From Vairimorpha necatrix (lineage: Eukaryota): DNA of 64,000 bases. The stretch covers positions 434,001 to 498,000 of the forward strand of contig CP142730.1 of NCBI GenBank assembly GCA_036630325.1, given 5' to 3'. Numbering within the stretch: the first letter of the stretch is position 1; each line of letters begins with the position of its first letter. Positions 45,482 to 58,971 of this stretch are shown in pieces. The position numbers were made by a program, and so were the translations under genes. The notes below the pieces were generated by a model. The model was not told the DNA's origin. It saw nothing but the letters and a program-made list of their open reading frames with translations, and made no database searches.

Positions 45482-47707
45482 TTAATAATTGTATAATATT
45501 TCTACTAATTTATTATGCAAATCTATGGCCGAATCTCCTTCCAGTAAATATGCTAATATGTCTTTGTATTCTATTTTTAAAATAATATCACAGATTTTAT
45601 TATCATATGCGACATCTCTAACACTCGAATTTACTATATTTTTAAAATTTTCCAACAATAAATTTTTTACTATATAGGTTTGCTGTTTTTTATTCATTGT
45701 TATCTTTTCTTTAATTTTATCAGTAAAGGTATTTTTGATTTCATCTTCATATTCACTAATCAAATATTCAGATAATGCTTTTTCAAAATTTTCTACTAAT
45801 TTATCTTCAAAATTTAAAATTTTTGGTTTATATTTTTTTATAGAATATTTAAACAATTTTTTATAATTTTGTATCTGAGTTGACGAAATAATATTTCTAA
45901 TAGCTATACAGACTTTTTGTTTTAATTCAAATTCCATTTCACTTATTTTATATTGTGTAATCTCCAACATATCTATATTTATTGTTTCGTTTAGTAATTT
46001 TTCATAACTTTCTCTACATAATTTCTGTAAAACTGTTTCGTAATTTTTCCTTGATTCCAACATTTCATTTTTGTCTTTTTCTTGTATTCTACTTATTAGT
46101 ATATTTCTATCTAATTTTTTTATTAAATTTTTTGTATTCCTTTCTATTTCTTTTTTGTCGAAGCCCAGATTGTTCAAAAATCCATTTTTCATGAAAGTAT
46201 ATTCATTTCCATCTTGTATTTTATAAAAAACATCATCGTTTGTAAATAATGTCATCATTTTCAATAAAAAATTTTCAATGTTTTTGTTATATGTTTTAAT
46301 ATCAGTTATATGAGCATCTATAACATCATATATTTTTATTAAATCAATTGAGTTGTTGCCTTCTTCTGATATCAAGTTTCCAATGTTTATTAGAGTTTTA
46401 AATATTGGCTCATTGAGAGCCTCGGTTTTTTGAAAAAACCTGTCTGCTTCTAAAAATAAACAACCTTTCATGATAAAACTACAGATATCGAATCTTTCCG
46501 AAAGAGCTTTTATTAGTTTCCCCACTAAATATATATTACTTTCATTGTTTTCAGAAAACTCTCTTTTTCTTATTATCATATTTTTTTCGTCTCTGGTAAT
46601 CTCCCCCAAATATTCACCTAGGTGAGCAATCAATATATTAAGTACTGTGCCAGGTTTGTCTAAAATCATATTTAGCAGGAATTCAAGTCTGTTATTTACT
46701 TTTAATATTTGGTAAAATAATTCGAAACCAGGAAACTTATTTTTTACCACTAAATAAAAAAATTGAAAAATCATTTTAAATTTGTCAAAACATTTTTGGT
46801 CGATAAATTCGTGATTTTCTTTGGAGTTTGCATTTTTTCCGACCAAATAAGAATTAGAACTAGTGTAACTAGAAAATGTTATTTTTCCATTTCCGATCGT
46901 GATCTTGAAATCGTCGTAGTTAATTTCGTTTTCATTAAAAACCTCTTCAATGGCTTCGTCATCAAAAAAATCTACGATCGTATCAAGGTTCACATTGGTG
47001 TATAATTTTTGCACATTATTGAATATTATACCATAAAAATTATCCGGGATTGGATGTATTTCAAAGTACAACTTTTCGGCCTCATGTATACTGATATTGA
47101 AATCAAATCTACTATAACCATATTTGCTATAAATATTCGAATGGATACAGTGCATATTATCTTTTTTTAAATAGGAAATTATTGGAATATAAATATTAGA
47201 ATCACTTGCATCATTTTGTTTTTTAAATTTTATCATTAAGTGCTTCTCGTCATGATAAAAATTTTGTTCAAGAAAATGATCAAAAATTATTTCATTATTT
47301 TGATCTTTGATATATATTACAAGATCTCTAATAATAGGATAGTTTAAAATATCTTCAAACGAGTACTTTAGTATTAAAGTGTCAATAAACAATATCATAC
47401 TGTTATTTTGAATTTGTTTGTCAATCTCTTCAGCAATTAGCTTTATTGATTTTTCTCCACATTCAATTTCAAAAAAAAAAGTTAAATTTTTTAAATTCGA
47501 AAATGCACATTCTAAATATATATCACAATTTATAACATGATCTCCGTCATCGTAATTGATTAATACACTCCAATAACGTTTACTATTATCAAAGATAATA
47601 TATTTTTTGTTCCTTATTAAATTATTTAAATAATGACTTAAGTTATCATAACCGAGGTTTGTAGTTGTAACAAATAAAATTGTAAAAAATAAATTCATAT
47701 AATTCAT
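45482..47707 (-). CDS. Lineage-specific 741-aa protein (family B), putative signal peptide, function unknown
   Basis: Long intact ORF with CCCC before the ATG, hydrophobic N-terminus (MNYMNLFFTILFV) and a K/E-rich, probably helical C-terminus. Confidence 0.88.
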   Translation of the reverse strand: MNYMNLFFTILFVTTTNLGYDNLSHYLNNLIRNKKYIIFDNSKRYWSVLINYDDGDHVINCDIYLECAFSNLKNLTFFFEIECGEKSIKLIAEEIDKQIQNNSMILFIDTLILKYSFEDILNYPIIRDLVIYIKDQNNEIIFDHFLEQNFYHDEKHLMIKFKKQNDASDSNIYIPIISYLKKDNMHCIHSNIYSKYGYSRFDFNISIHEAEKLYFEIHPIPDNFYGIIFNNVQKLYTNVNLDTIVDFFDDEAIEEVFNENEINYDDFKITIGNGKITFSSYTSSNSYLVGKNANSKENHEFIDQKCFDKFKMIFQFFYLVVKNKFPGFELFYQILKVNNRLEFLLNMILDKPGTVLNILIAHLGEYLGEITRDEKNMIIRKREFSENNESNIYLVGKLIKALSERFDICSFIMKGCLFLEADRFFQKTEALNEPIFKTLINIGNLISEEGNNSIDLIKIYDVIDAHITDIKTYNKNIENFLLKMMTLFTNDDVFYKIQDGNEYTFMKNGFLNNLGFDKKEIERNTKNLIKKLDRNILISRIQEKDKNEMLESRKNYETVLQKLCRESYEKLLNETINIDMLEITQYKISEMEFELKQKVCIAIRNIISSTQIQNYKKLFKYSIKKYKPKILNFEDKLVENFEKALSEYLISEYEDEIKNTFTDKIKEKITMNKKQQTYIVKNLLLENFKNIVNSSVRDVAYDNKICDIILKIEYKDILAYLLEGDSAIDLHNKLVEILYNY

Positions 47708-49156
47708 ATGGGGTTAATTTTTTAATAATAATATTTGTCGGCGATCTTGTGTCAAACTATAAATCTTATTTCCTATATTGATTGATGACACGCCATAGAA
47801 TGAATTGTATAGTATTTAGTCAACGGATATATAAGGCTATGTTCAGAAATAACAAAATTTTAATTTGATACGGAAACATCTTTAAAGTCGACCGTTTGTC
47901 TGCAATTGTGTGATGCATTTGAGTACAATACATAGACAGATGTCATGTATATCACCTGTCACACGTGTTCAAAAACATGTTAATCATTTCAAGCGACCCA
48001 TCAATATGAGTCGCACAAAGAAACAAACAAACGAAAGTTGTATAGTTGTAACTGCTTTCGTAAATACGCCAATATTTGTAGTTTAGTATGACAACAAATA
48101 ATAAGTTAAAAATGAAATATAAAAGAAAGGCTGTCTTCGAAGGGTATGGAATATATGAGAAAGAAAACTACCATGCATAAAAGAAACAAATGTAAAAGCT
48201 ATTTCGAAAAATCCTTTAAAATGGCCATATCGCCGGAAACATGAAAAATTGCATCAAAATGAATTGAAGATCTTAGAACGGTGATATTTTTCTAACCGAC
48301 AATGAGGTTATATTAGTTGCTATTACGCTTTCAATTAAATTTTAAAAACAGAAAGCTCCGTCCGTAAGACGAACTTTGGATTCAGCAAAATTGGTACTAT
48401 CTATATCGCGCCGAGTGGATTTTCCCCAGACAGCAAATTATATCTTTAGGCGAGGCATCATCTGAAAACTATGAAAGGCCCATATTATCATCCGCATCCT
48501 GCTATTCGTCATTTTCACATATAGCTACCAACCGCATTTTATGTTTTGCGTTGACTTATTTTTTCAATAGCATTGCCGTCTTAGCTAATAGAATATAGAT
48601 GGGCATTCACAACCTTTTCCTACATCGTAAAGTTTTTTTAGTGTACCGAAGGATCACGCTTTCAGGACATAAACAGGGTCTTTTTTATTGTCCATATAGT
48701 ATTTTATTGAGTTTGAAATAACAATAAAATAACAACAACCTTGCTAAAAGTACGTTTTATTATAAAACAAATTTTTCGAGAACCACATGTCTAAATAATC
48801 GGTTTTTATTGACAGAATAAATTAAACATGTGAACAAATGTAAAATTTTTAGTAGTACAAGAACAAATGTCTCTCGAAAAAAACGAATTCGATTTCTTTT
48901 GAATCAAAAAACCTCTTTCGAGTACTAAAATGAGACATTCTTAGAGATCTCGTAATTTATAGACGTTATGGAATTTATTGACACTTAGCACCGAGACCTT
49001 TGAGTAAAACATATGACTAAGATTAATCTGTCGTACATGAGGATAAATTCTATTTCTAAAAAATGTGCATCATTATAGACTTTGTAAAATTTTTATAAAA
49101 AATTAGTAGCAAAACCTAGGATTACATAAAAAAAAGATATAGATCAGATAAAATAA

Positions 49157-49920
49157 TTTTTTTTGCAAGTAAGTGTTAAAAATCTTATTGGCCTAGATGA
49201 ATCGGATGTGATCCTTTTCCAATTTTACTGTTAAATTATTACTTACTTAAACTCCCCCATATTACATGCCGATGCAGCAATCTCCGCCTTGCCCATTGAA
49301 CTTGGCTCCAAAAGTCATTTTTTATTTATGCCTTTAATCGCGTTTAAGTGACCTCACGGCTGATATACTTAACAGGCATGGTTTTTTTAGCCCGAGGAGT
49401 GACATCATTATGCTAACTCAAAGGTCTCAAAGAACATCTGTTAAGCACACAAGGGGTGTACAATCATTACATAACCAGCCAGGTATTTTCATTAGCTGTC
49501 AACCTTAGTTCCTACCACTAGATTCATCCGCCAGATCACATACCCTGTAGAACAAGGTCCAAAAGGACTTCTGTTGCTTACTTCGTCTTGTCTTTGTTTA
49601 GCTTTAATATAACACTCTAGAGTGCTCCTGCCATGGGCTTCAATGAGGCCATATCCATCAGACACTTTCATGTATTATAAAGCCACTTTTAGAGGTTAGT
49701 GCTTCTGGTATTAAGTGCTGTTCCTATACCAGACACCAATTCACTTATTCCTGGGCCCATACAGGTTTCATTGAATCAACTTAATGATTTTGTAGACATT
49801 TCATCCTCTGAGTTGATCCACTGCACCATAGAAAGTAGAAAAAAATTTTGGTAGCCCTGACATTCGAACTTAGCATTGTATAATGATAGCGTCGCCTTCT
49901 ACATCTAAGGCTAAAAACTA
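49157..49920 (-). mobile_element. SINE-like element subfamily 1, copy 2
   Basis: Duplicate of 15242-16009. Confidence 0.65.
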
Positions 49921-50444
49921 TTTTGAAGTTTTTTGTTAATTGTGATTTTTATGAAGATTGATCGCCGCAATTTTCTTTCATAATGTTGTAATGGTAAAAT
50001 CCAAAAACGAATAAATATTTAACTATTGCATTAGACCGAGCAAATGTTCTAATTTAAATTGGGGAAATTAATAAAAAAATTTCCTGTATTTATAACACCA
50101 CAATTTTTGCCATTCAAGATCAATGTTCATACTTTTAATACACATAGAAAAAAATCTTTTTGTTAGTGTATTGACACATTGGTCGCTTACACTTGCAGTT
50201 TAATCATACCTCTCTAAATACACAATACTCTTTGGGCCCTCCGTATTTTTTCAATATATATGATTATTTTTATGCTTTAAATACCTTGTAACAAGTATAC
50301 AAGCATTTTATTGGGCAATAACTAGATCTTTTCCAATAAATATATATATTATATAAAATAACTCAGTATATCTATCCTGTGAATAAAATATAGTTTAATT
50401 TAAAATACACATGAATTTTTAGCTTATCCCTCTATATTTGTATA

Positions 50445-51221
50445 GGTGCCCTTAGCTCAGTGTTGAAGGCGATGATTCTATTGAGCAACGGCTGGGTTCG
50501 ATTCCCGTGGCAATAAAATAGCTTCTACTTTCTATGACGCAGTTGGAACAACTCAGATGATGAAAATCTCCATGATAATCATTAAATTGATTCATTGAAA
50601 CTTGTGTGTGTCCAGCCACAAAGGGATTAGCATATATTGTAGAACGCACCTAAAGGCCAAAAAAATAGTATCACCTCCTTGGTAATTTAATGATACATAA
50701 AAGTATCTAATGGGTACGGCCTAGTTGGAGCCCATGGCTGGTGCACTCTAGAGTGGGATCCTAGAGCTAACTAAGAAAAAAGACGAAGTTAAGAAACAGA
50801 AGTCCTTTTGGACCTTGTTCTACGGGGTATGTGATCCGGTGGACGAATCTAGTGGGAGAGACTAAGGTCGAAAGCCAATGAAAATACCTGGCTGGTTATG
50901 TTGTGATTGTACACCCCTTGAATGCAATATGGATGATTGTAGGGACCTTTGAGTCAGTACGATGATGTCTCTCCTCGGGTTATAGATAACCATGTCAATA
51001 AGGATATCTGCTGTGAGGTTATTTTGGACGCAATTTGAGGTATTAATAGACAATGTTCTTTAATATCCAAATTTCAATATTATACGATAGGGGTTCTGCG
51101 CTTAAAAGTAATTTAATAGGAGTTTAAGTGAGTAAGAATTTAAGTAGCAGTTGGATGAGGATTAACATTGAATCCCTTTAGTCCTTACGTAACTGATATT
51201 TTCAACTTTTATTATAAAAAA
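50445..51221 (+). mobile_element. SINE-like element subfamily 2, copy 2
   Basis: Duplicate of 16535-17310. Confidence 0.72.
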
Positions 51222-51674
51222 TATGACAAAACGCGCTGAACAAAAAGTATTTTCTCAATAAATTTTTTTTTAATTAGCATGGTAAAATAAAATGCAAATA
51301 TTTTTTTCACAAAAAGCATTATGTGAATACTAAAACAATTTTCTATCAACGAGTCCAACTATTGAACATGTATTAGATAATTCCTAAGTTATATGATTTT
51401 ACCTCACTTCTAAGTTTGTTCATAAATTCTTATAATTTTACACAAGAAGATTTGTGGCTAGTTTAAGAAAGTGAAGCTTATTATGATGAAGATGCCTTCG
51501 CTTTTGTTGTATAATTGCTTTGTCTAGTGATCTGAGAGAGATAATATAAGATACTTGATGTGCTAGAAAAAAGCAAATACGATGTCTCGTTAAAGTTATC
51601 CTAAGGGTTTTTTGTATCTGTCCTGCATTAAAAAGAGTTTATAATTTTAAAAATTGTGATGAAGTGGCCATATC

Positions 51675-52205
51675 ATAGTAGAAAATGCTAACCACATCGT
51701 CTTTAAAAAGTTTTATCACTGACGACGCGGCTACTCAACATTTAAACAAAATAGTACTTTAGAAATGTGTAAATAATTGCAAAATCATTTATAGTTAGTA
51801 AGTGCTAAATAAAAATTTAATATAAAAAGAAGTTAATGTAAAGGGCTGGAATACAAAAGCGACAAAGAAGCCATCAATAAAAACCATAATATTGATGGTT
51901 ATTCAGAAAAATATTATAAAAATAGTATCGTTCCCATAATACAGGACAATAATATTTTTCTGAATAACCATCAATATTATAATTTTTATCGATGGCTTCC
52001 TTGTCGCTTTTGCATTCCACCCCTTACAACAAACTTCTTTTTATATTTTATTTTTAATTTAATTAGTTACTCAAGACTTATTAACTATTAATGACTTTAC
52101 AATTAAAAACACATTTCTAAAGTACTATTTTGTTTGCTTGTTGACGCGCCGAGTCGTCATTGATGAAACTTTTGACAGATGATGTGGTTGACATCTTTTA
52201 TTACT
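51675..52205. repeat. Long inverted repeat, copy 2
   Basis: Duplicate of 17764-18293 with the spacer at 51918-51948. Confidence 0.92.
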
Positions 52206-55200
52206 AATTATTAACGATATTAGACGAAATAAAAAAAAACAAGTAATGCAGTATAAGGATGCGTAATTTAAGAGCAATAACAATAAGGCTTTATCAATAA
52301 ACGTATGCATGCTTAATATGCCATTTAAGCCATCTTCAATATTTGGACTATGTAGCGTCCTGAGCGCGCTATATCTTAAAGTAATTCCTTTTGCAAAGTC
52401 TGATAGTTCGTCAAAATCTTCAACATAAACAACTTCTGAAAGTAGCTGTTTTTTGTATAAAATTTGTAAAGCAATAGCAGAAAAGAATCATAGATTTGAG
52501 TCTTCTTATTCTATATGTAAAGTGTTCCGCCTGCTTTCCTATATATTCAAATATTAGTATGTTAATATTATTGGTTTAATACAAATTAATTAAAAATTCG
52601 TCGGGAAAAAAGCAGTTATAAAAAAAGTCATTATCTAATTTTTAAGATAAAAATACATGTATTAGAATTACTTATTGTGATTTTTATTACATATAATCGC
52701 GCAATGAGCAATAAAATTGATTTAAAATGTAAACACATGTTTCTACATAAATCAAGAATTTTCAATACAGCAACATCTATAGTACTTTTTTTGCATTTGA
52801 GTTTAATACTATAACATAATTTTGTTATCTTAATCTTATTATATGTGGTCTCATGTTTAAAGACAAAAATCATGGAATTAAAAAAACAATTTGCTGTCAT
52901 TTGTTTATAAAGCACAAAACATGATTTTCTTAATATATTTTGGTAAATACAAAACTTTTATATATGAATCGCAATAGTATTGCGGTAGAATAAGAGTTGT
53001 TTTTTTGCTTCGGTGCATATATTTTATCCTGATAGAGCTAATATATAGTCATATTACTTAGTGTAAGCACTATAGTTGTGGGAAACCATGGCTTATGTGG
53101 TCGTGTCGATTACCTATATATTTATTTGATTATAAGTTATTGTAAAATAAAGAAAAAACCTCAATGAGTTGCTAAAAACTATGTTGTCTGTAAAGGCATT
53201 TATTGTTTACATTTAAGACGTATAAAACACATCTAAAAATATGTCAAATATAATTAAGAAAAGAAAACACTACAAAATTCTATTTTTGATAATTAAAAAG
53301 AGGTTTAACACTTTTTAATTTATTATTTTAATTTAAATGCCAGTAAATTTAAAATTGGTCGCATACTATCGTTTTTTAAGTCTTGTTCGCCAGATTTGGG
53401 TAAATGTATATAAATTTATAAAATTAATGCTACCAATGAAGTACATTGATGCGTAAATGAATGGCTGGAAAAAACTAAATCATGTATAACGATTATATAG
53501 ATAAAAATGTGTTGATTGTTAAAAGAAGGATTTCACTATGCTATTATGATATAGTTTATCATACAACGAAGTATCTAGTGATCTTTAAGATTAAAATATC
53601 ATCTAGCCACGTTAAATTAGCAAATATACAATTTTGAAAGGTTTTTTATGTAGAATTAAGTTTTAATATAATAATGTAAATATACAAAAAATTAGTATTG
53701 ACACAAATTATGTGATGATTACTAATGAGGAAATAGATTAAGAATTAAATATAAAAGAAGTTAATGTAAAAGGTTGGAATACAAAAGCGACAAAGAAGCC
53801 ATCAATAAAAACAATAATATTGATGGTTATTCAGAAAAATATTATTGTCCTGTATTATGGGAACGATACTATTTTTATAATACTTTTCTGAATAACCATC
53901 AATATTATGGTTTTTATTGATGGCTTCCTTGTCGCTTTTGCATTCCACCCCTTACAAAAAACTTCTTTTTATGTTTTACTTTTAATTTAATTAGTTACTC
54001 AAAACTTATTAACTTTTAATGACTTTACAATTATAAACACTTTTTAAAGTACTATTTTGTTTGTTTGTTGACACGCCGCGTCGTCATTGATGAAACTTTT
54101 GACAGATGACGTGGTTGACATCTTTTATTACTAGTTATTAACGATATTAGACGAAATCAAAAAAAAAAAAGTAATGCAGTATAAGGTCCGAAATCGAAGA
54201 ACAATGACAATAAAGCTATATCAATAAACGCATGCATGCTTTATATGTCATTTAAGCTATCTTCAAAATATTTGGACTATGTAGCGTCCTGAGCGCGCTA
54301 TATCTTAAAGTAATTCCTTTTGCAAAGTCTGATGGTCTGTCGAAATCTTCAACATAAACAACTTCGGAAAGAAGCTGTTTTTTGTATAAAATTTATACAG
54401 CAATAGTAGAAAAGAATCATATATTTGAGTCTTTCTATTCTTTCGTAAGGTGTCCCGCCTGCTTTACTATTTGAAAATATATTAGTATGTATATATTATT
54501 GGTTTAACACAAATTAATTTAAAATTCGTCACAAAAAAACCAGTTTATAATATAAAAGCCATTATGTAATTTTTAAGATAAAAATACATGTAGAAGTCTT
54601 AATTTATTGTGATTTTTATTGCTCATAATCACGCAATAAGTAATAAAATAGATTTAAAAATAGAAACACATATTTCACATAGATTCAATTTTCAATACAG
54701 CAACATCTATAGTATTTTTTTTGCATTAAAATTGATACTCTAACATAATTTTGTTATCTTATTCAAAATTATATGTGGTCTCATGTTTTAAAGACAAAAA
54801 ATATGGAATTACAATTATAATTTACTGTCATTTAATTATAAGACAAAAAATATAGTATTCTTATTATATTTTAGTAAATGAAAAAGTTTTATACATGAAT
54901 TGCAATAATATTGGGGTATAATAAGAGTGTTACGATGCCTCAATGCATATATTCTATTCTGACAGAGCTAATATTATATCAAATTAATTAGTGCAAGCAC
55001 TATAAATGGGAAAATTGTGGCCTTTATGGTCAGTCGATTACTTATAATTTATTTGATTATAAGTTATTGTAAATTAAGAAATATCCTCGATGAGTTGCTA
55101 AAAACTATGTTGTCTGTAAAGGCATTTATTGGTCACATTTAAGACTTATAAAACGCATCTAAAATATTGTAAAAACAATTAAGAAAGGAGAACACTACAA

Positions 55201-55667
55201 AATTCTATTTTTATAATTAAAAAGAGGTTAACACTATTTATTAATTATTTTCCTTTAAATGCCAGTAAATTTTAATAGGGTCGTTTACTATCGTTTTTAG
55301 GTCTCCTTCGTCCGATTTGGGTAAAAGTATATAAATTAACAAAAATTAACGCTACCAATGAAGTATGCCGATGCGTAAATGAATGTCTGGAAAAATCTAA
55401 ATCTTTATAACGATTATATAGATAAAAATGAGTTGATTGCTAATAGATGGATTTCGCTATGCTCATATGGTATAGTTTATCATAAATGAACTATCTAGAG
55501 ACCTTATGAGAAAATTTATTCCAAGACTCGACAATATAGTAAATAAACAATTTTGAAAGGTTTTTAAAGAAGATTAAGTTTCAATATAATAATGTTAGCA
55601 TACAAAAAATAGTATTGACATAAATAATGTGATGATTACTAATGAGAAAATGAATTATGAATTAACA
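51820..55667 (+). repeat. ~1.9-kb tandem duplication (about 51820-53748 and 53749-55667)
   Basis: Two diverged head-to-tail units where duplication copy 1 has a single unit (about 17908-19837). The second unit starts within the left palindrome arm. Confidence 0.9.
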
Positions 55668-55693
55668 ATATATATATATATATATATATATAT
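55668..55693. repeat. (AT)n microsatellite
   Basis: Expanded relative to the short interrupted run at about 19838-19852. Confidence 0.85.
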
Positions 55694-56622
55694 GGTATAG
55701 ATATGAAAAAATATGTTCTTTTTTGTCTATATATAAAATGATGTGATTATAAATGTTTTAATACACCAAAGGAAGGTAAATATACAATCATGAAAATTAT
55801 ATATTAAATGTAATAATATCAAAAAAAGATTTTTGATAACTCTTTATTAAAGAAATCGCGAAATTTAGAAGGAATGAGTATTGAGAAAATATGAGCCGAA
55901 TCATTTACTAAAAGACAGAATCAAATAAGGCTTAAGCTAAAGGCTTAGTTTTTTTTTGATTTTTTATTCTTCTATTTTATTATATCTTAGCCCAAATGAT
56001 AGGCAATTTATTCGCTCATAGCATAAACTAAAAAATTTAGAAGGTATGGTGATTCTAGTTATTTAACAATTTGTATATCAATTACTGAAATATTAAAAAA
56101 AAATTTCATTTTATTTATTTTTGTCGTTGCTTTAATTGTTTGTAGCTTTTTGTCATGTTTGTTTTTTTTTATTGTATAAAAAATTGATAGTATAACAACA
56201 TTTTCGTATAGCATAATATCAAATAATCGAAGTAAATTTTCAACCTTTGAAGTAATAAACAATGAACATTGCGCTACATTAGAAACTAATTTATATATTT
56301 TATAATTAGCAATTTCTTTAAATTATTAAGAAAAGTTGTAAATACTACTCTAAGATTTAAATTAAAATTTTGATTTTAACCTCCGTCATACATATCTACA
56401 AACTAGATATGGCCCGTGTTTGAGTTTTTCCATTTTAAATTTTTATATTTTTTGTTTGTTTTTTAATTTATAATATTTGTAATATTAAAAAACGAATATT
56501 TTTTGCACGATCGCAAATAACTTCAATTTAAATATTCGTATTTATGTCATAAAGGCATCAAATTTACCAAAATTTAATTAATTTTAATCTTATAAAAGAA
56601 AAGAAAAAACCAACCCCATCGG

Positions 56623-57190
56623 ATGTTTTCTTATTAAGAGTTTTTATTTACATACAAGAAAAATCCGCTGCTAACAGTGTAAACAACTCAGATAAACCTT
56701 TACAAGAAAATATCGAGGAATTGCATGAATATAAAAATTCTCACATCTAAGGGAACAAAGGGAAAATAAAGATAATTTTTACAGTTTTTTAGATGAAATG
56801 AGATTTCCTAAAAATCCAACCTGGTTGGCCAAAAGCATCTAACGGAGGAATATGAAATTCTAAAGAAGATTTAGATTTTCAAATATTTTAAAAAGCTCTT
56901 CAAACAATTCTGATTAAATAGAACATCATGCCAAAGGAAAAGCTGTTTGTATATTCCCTTGCTAATCAGCTTAAAAAATTGTGTAAAGCCGCCTTATAAA
57001 TTGATTTTTGAGAGAAAAAAAGAAATTCTGAAGGTATTAAACGATCTGTAAATACATTAGTTGCCAGTAAATAAGACAAAGAAATCAATTTATCAGATGT
57101 TCAAGAAAACAAAGAACAATGTAAAAGAACAAATTAATGATATAATCAATACAATTTGTATCATCATAAAAAATAAATTTATCTTTTTAA
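56623..57190 (+). pseudogene. Family A paralogue pseudogene, copy 2
   Basis: Duplicate of 20773-21340. Confidence 0.6.
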
Positions 57191-57196
57191 CTACAC

Positions 57197-58026
57197 TTAT
57201 TGATATAAAACAGGCTGCCGCGTGGCTCACAAAAGGAAATATAAGCCAGAGAGAGGAAGGCAATTTATGTGCATTACAGGACCGAAATATTTTCTTAGAG
57301 AAACAGATAAAATGCCCACACTGCCATGAATATGCAAAGACAGTAGATCATATGGCCACCCAATGTGATCGTATGCTTCACATGATTACTTGAGACGGCA
57401 CAATGAGGCACTGCGATGCATCCACCTGCAGTTGTGTAAGACGTATGGTCTATCCCATGCCAAAAATATTAGAAATCATTCAATCCAGGAATGTGTAGCT
57501 AATGAGTATGTTATGATACGAATCGACAGTAGGATACATTCAAGTATTAATATAAAGTATAACAAGCCTGATATACTAATTGTAGACAAGTTGAGGAAAG
57601 AAGTGATCGTTGTAGAAGTTGGAATCACAAGTTTTAACAACCTCCATGCAGTAGAAACAGAAAAGAAACATAAATACGACTTGCTCGCATATCACGTGGC
57701 TTCTCTCTACAAATACAAGCCGAAAATTATTCCTTATGTGATGACGTGGGATGGATTAGTTACTAATTTTCACCGTACACATATGAAAATGCTCAGATTA
57801 GAACCCAGAACGGAAGCATAAATACAGTCAAGAGTCCTTAAAATGACTTTAGAAAGCATTTTATGTCAGCCAGACATGGGCTTGATACAGATCAGGAAGG
57901 GGTTTTCGAGAGCCCAATGAGTGAATCTCAGAAGGAAGTCCTGGAACTGCCAGATGAGACTGTAAGCGTATCATGTGAAAAGTAATTAATAAGCCGAATA
58001 TTATACCCAAATAAATTATATATATT
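57197..58026 (+). mobile_element. 5'-truncated RLE-type non-LTR retrotransposon with ~13-bp TSD
   Basis: CPHC..TVDHMATQC zinc knuckle, RHN, and KPDI..VVEVG..K..KY. TSD TTTTTAACTA[C/T]AC at 57184-57196 and 58027-58039. The empty site is at about 21337-21348. Confidence 0.9.
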
Positions 58027-58401
58027 TTTTTAACTATACGCGTCATTTATACTCGCATGTTGTTAAAACAATTTCTCATCTTGTATTGTCTCGTGTTCTA
58101 TTTATTTCATATGTTCATTGGTTTGCCCTACTTCAGCAATATCCTCTGATGTTCATCGAAATTACCTTTTGAGGGATTCGTAGTTATTGGGAATATTAGA
58201 CTATATATTAATAGCTTTTAGAATAGGTAAATTTTAATGTTTATGAAGATTGTCGTAATTTTTTAGTTTTTTCTATATTAATCTAGGTTTCACTATTGAA
58301 TATTGCAAACTCTTATTAAATAAATGTGGCATTTAAATAAATTAAATGACATATATTATAATAGATTTATTATTTGATTCATAGACAAAAGCTTTAAGAC
58401 T

Positions 58402-58404
<3 letters not shown>

Positions 58405-58434
<30 letters not shown>
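58405..58434. repeat. (AT)n microsatellite
   Basis: Expanded relative to the short run at about 21713-21722. Confidence 0.85.
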
Positions 58435-58437
<3 letters not shown>

Positions 58438-58971
58438 TTTAATTTTTTTCTTGTCTAAAGCACTCTTCTGCTTTATATATTCAAAAAAATGTATGATTCT
58501 GAATTTTTACTTGCATAATTACAGCTTTTGTTCATTATTGGCTTTATAGACAACATGTTGTTTCAATAGTAACCAGATTAAGTCCCATGAGGACAAACAT
58601 TATAGATTTAATTACATAACAAGTCGTAGCGATGATTCATGCTCTTTTAGTGGGGATGATTTTTTTTATGTGGTCCTGGGCCTTGAGAGCGAATTTAGAC
58701 AGGATGGACTTGATATAAAAAGGATTTAGTATAATTTTTTACTTAGATGCTTAAATATGACTCATGAAGGTTCTGTATAGTTGTATCGTGTTGACATCAA
58801 ATTATAATGTATGCTTGCCATTCTAAGACAATTTACAGTTAGTGTTTAATAAAAAAACAAGACATGATTTATTATCATAAATTTGCATATCAATTGCTTC
58901 TAACCCTTAATTTTTACTCGATAATTTTTCTGCAGAACTAGCACAACAGTCGAACGTAATAATATCCGTAT

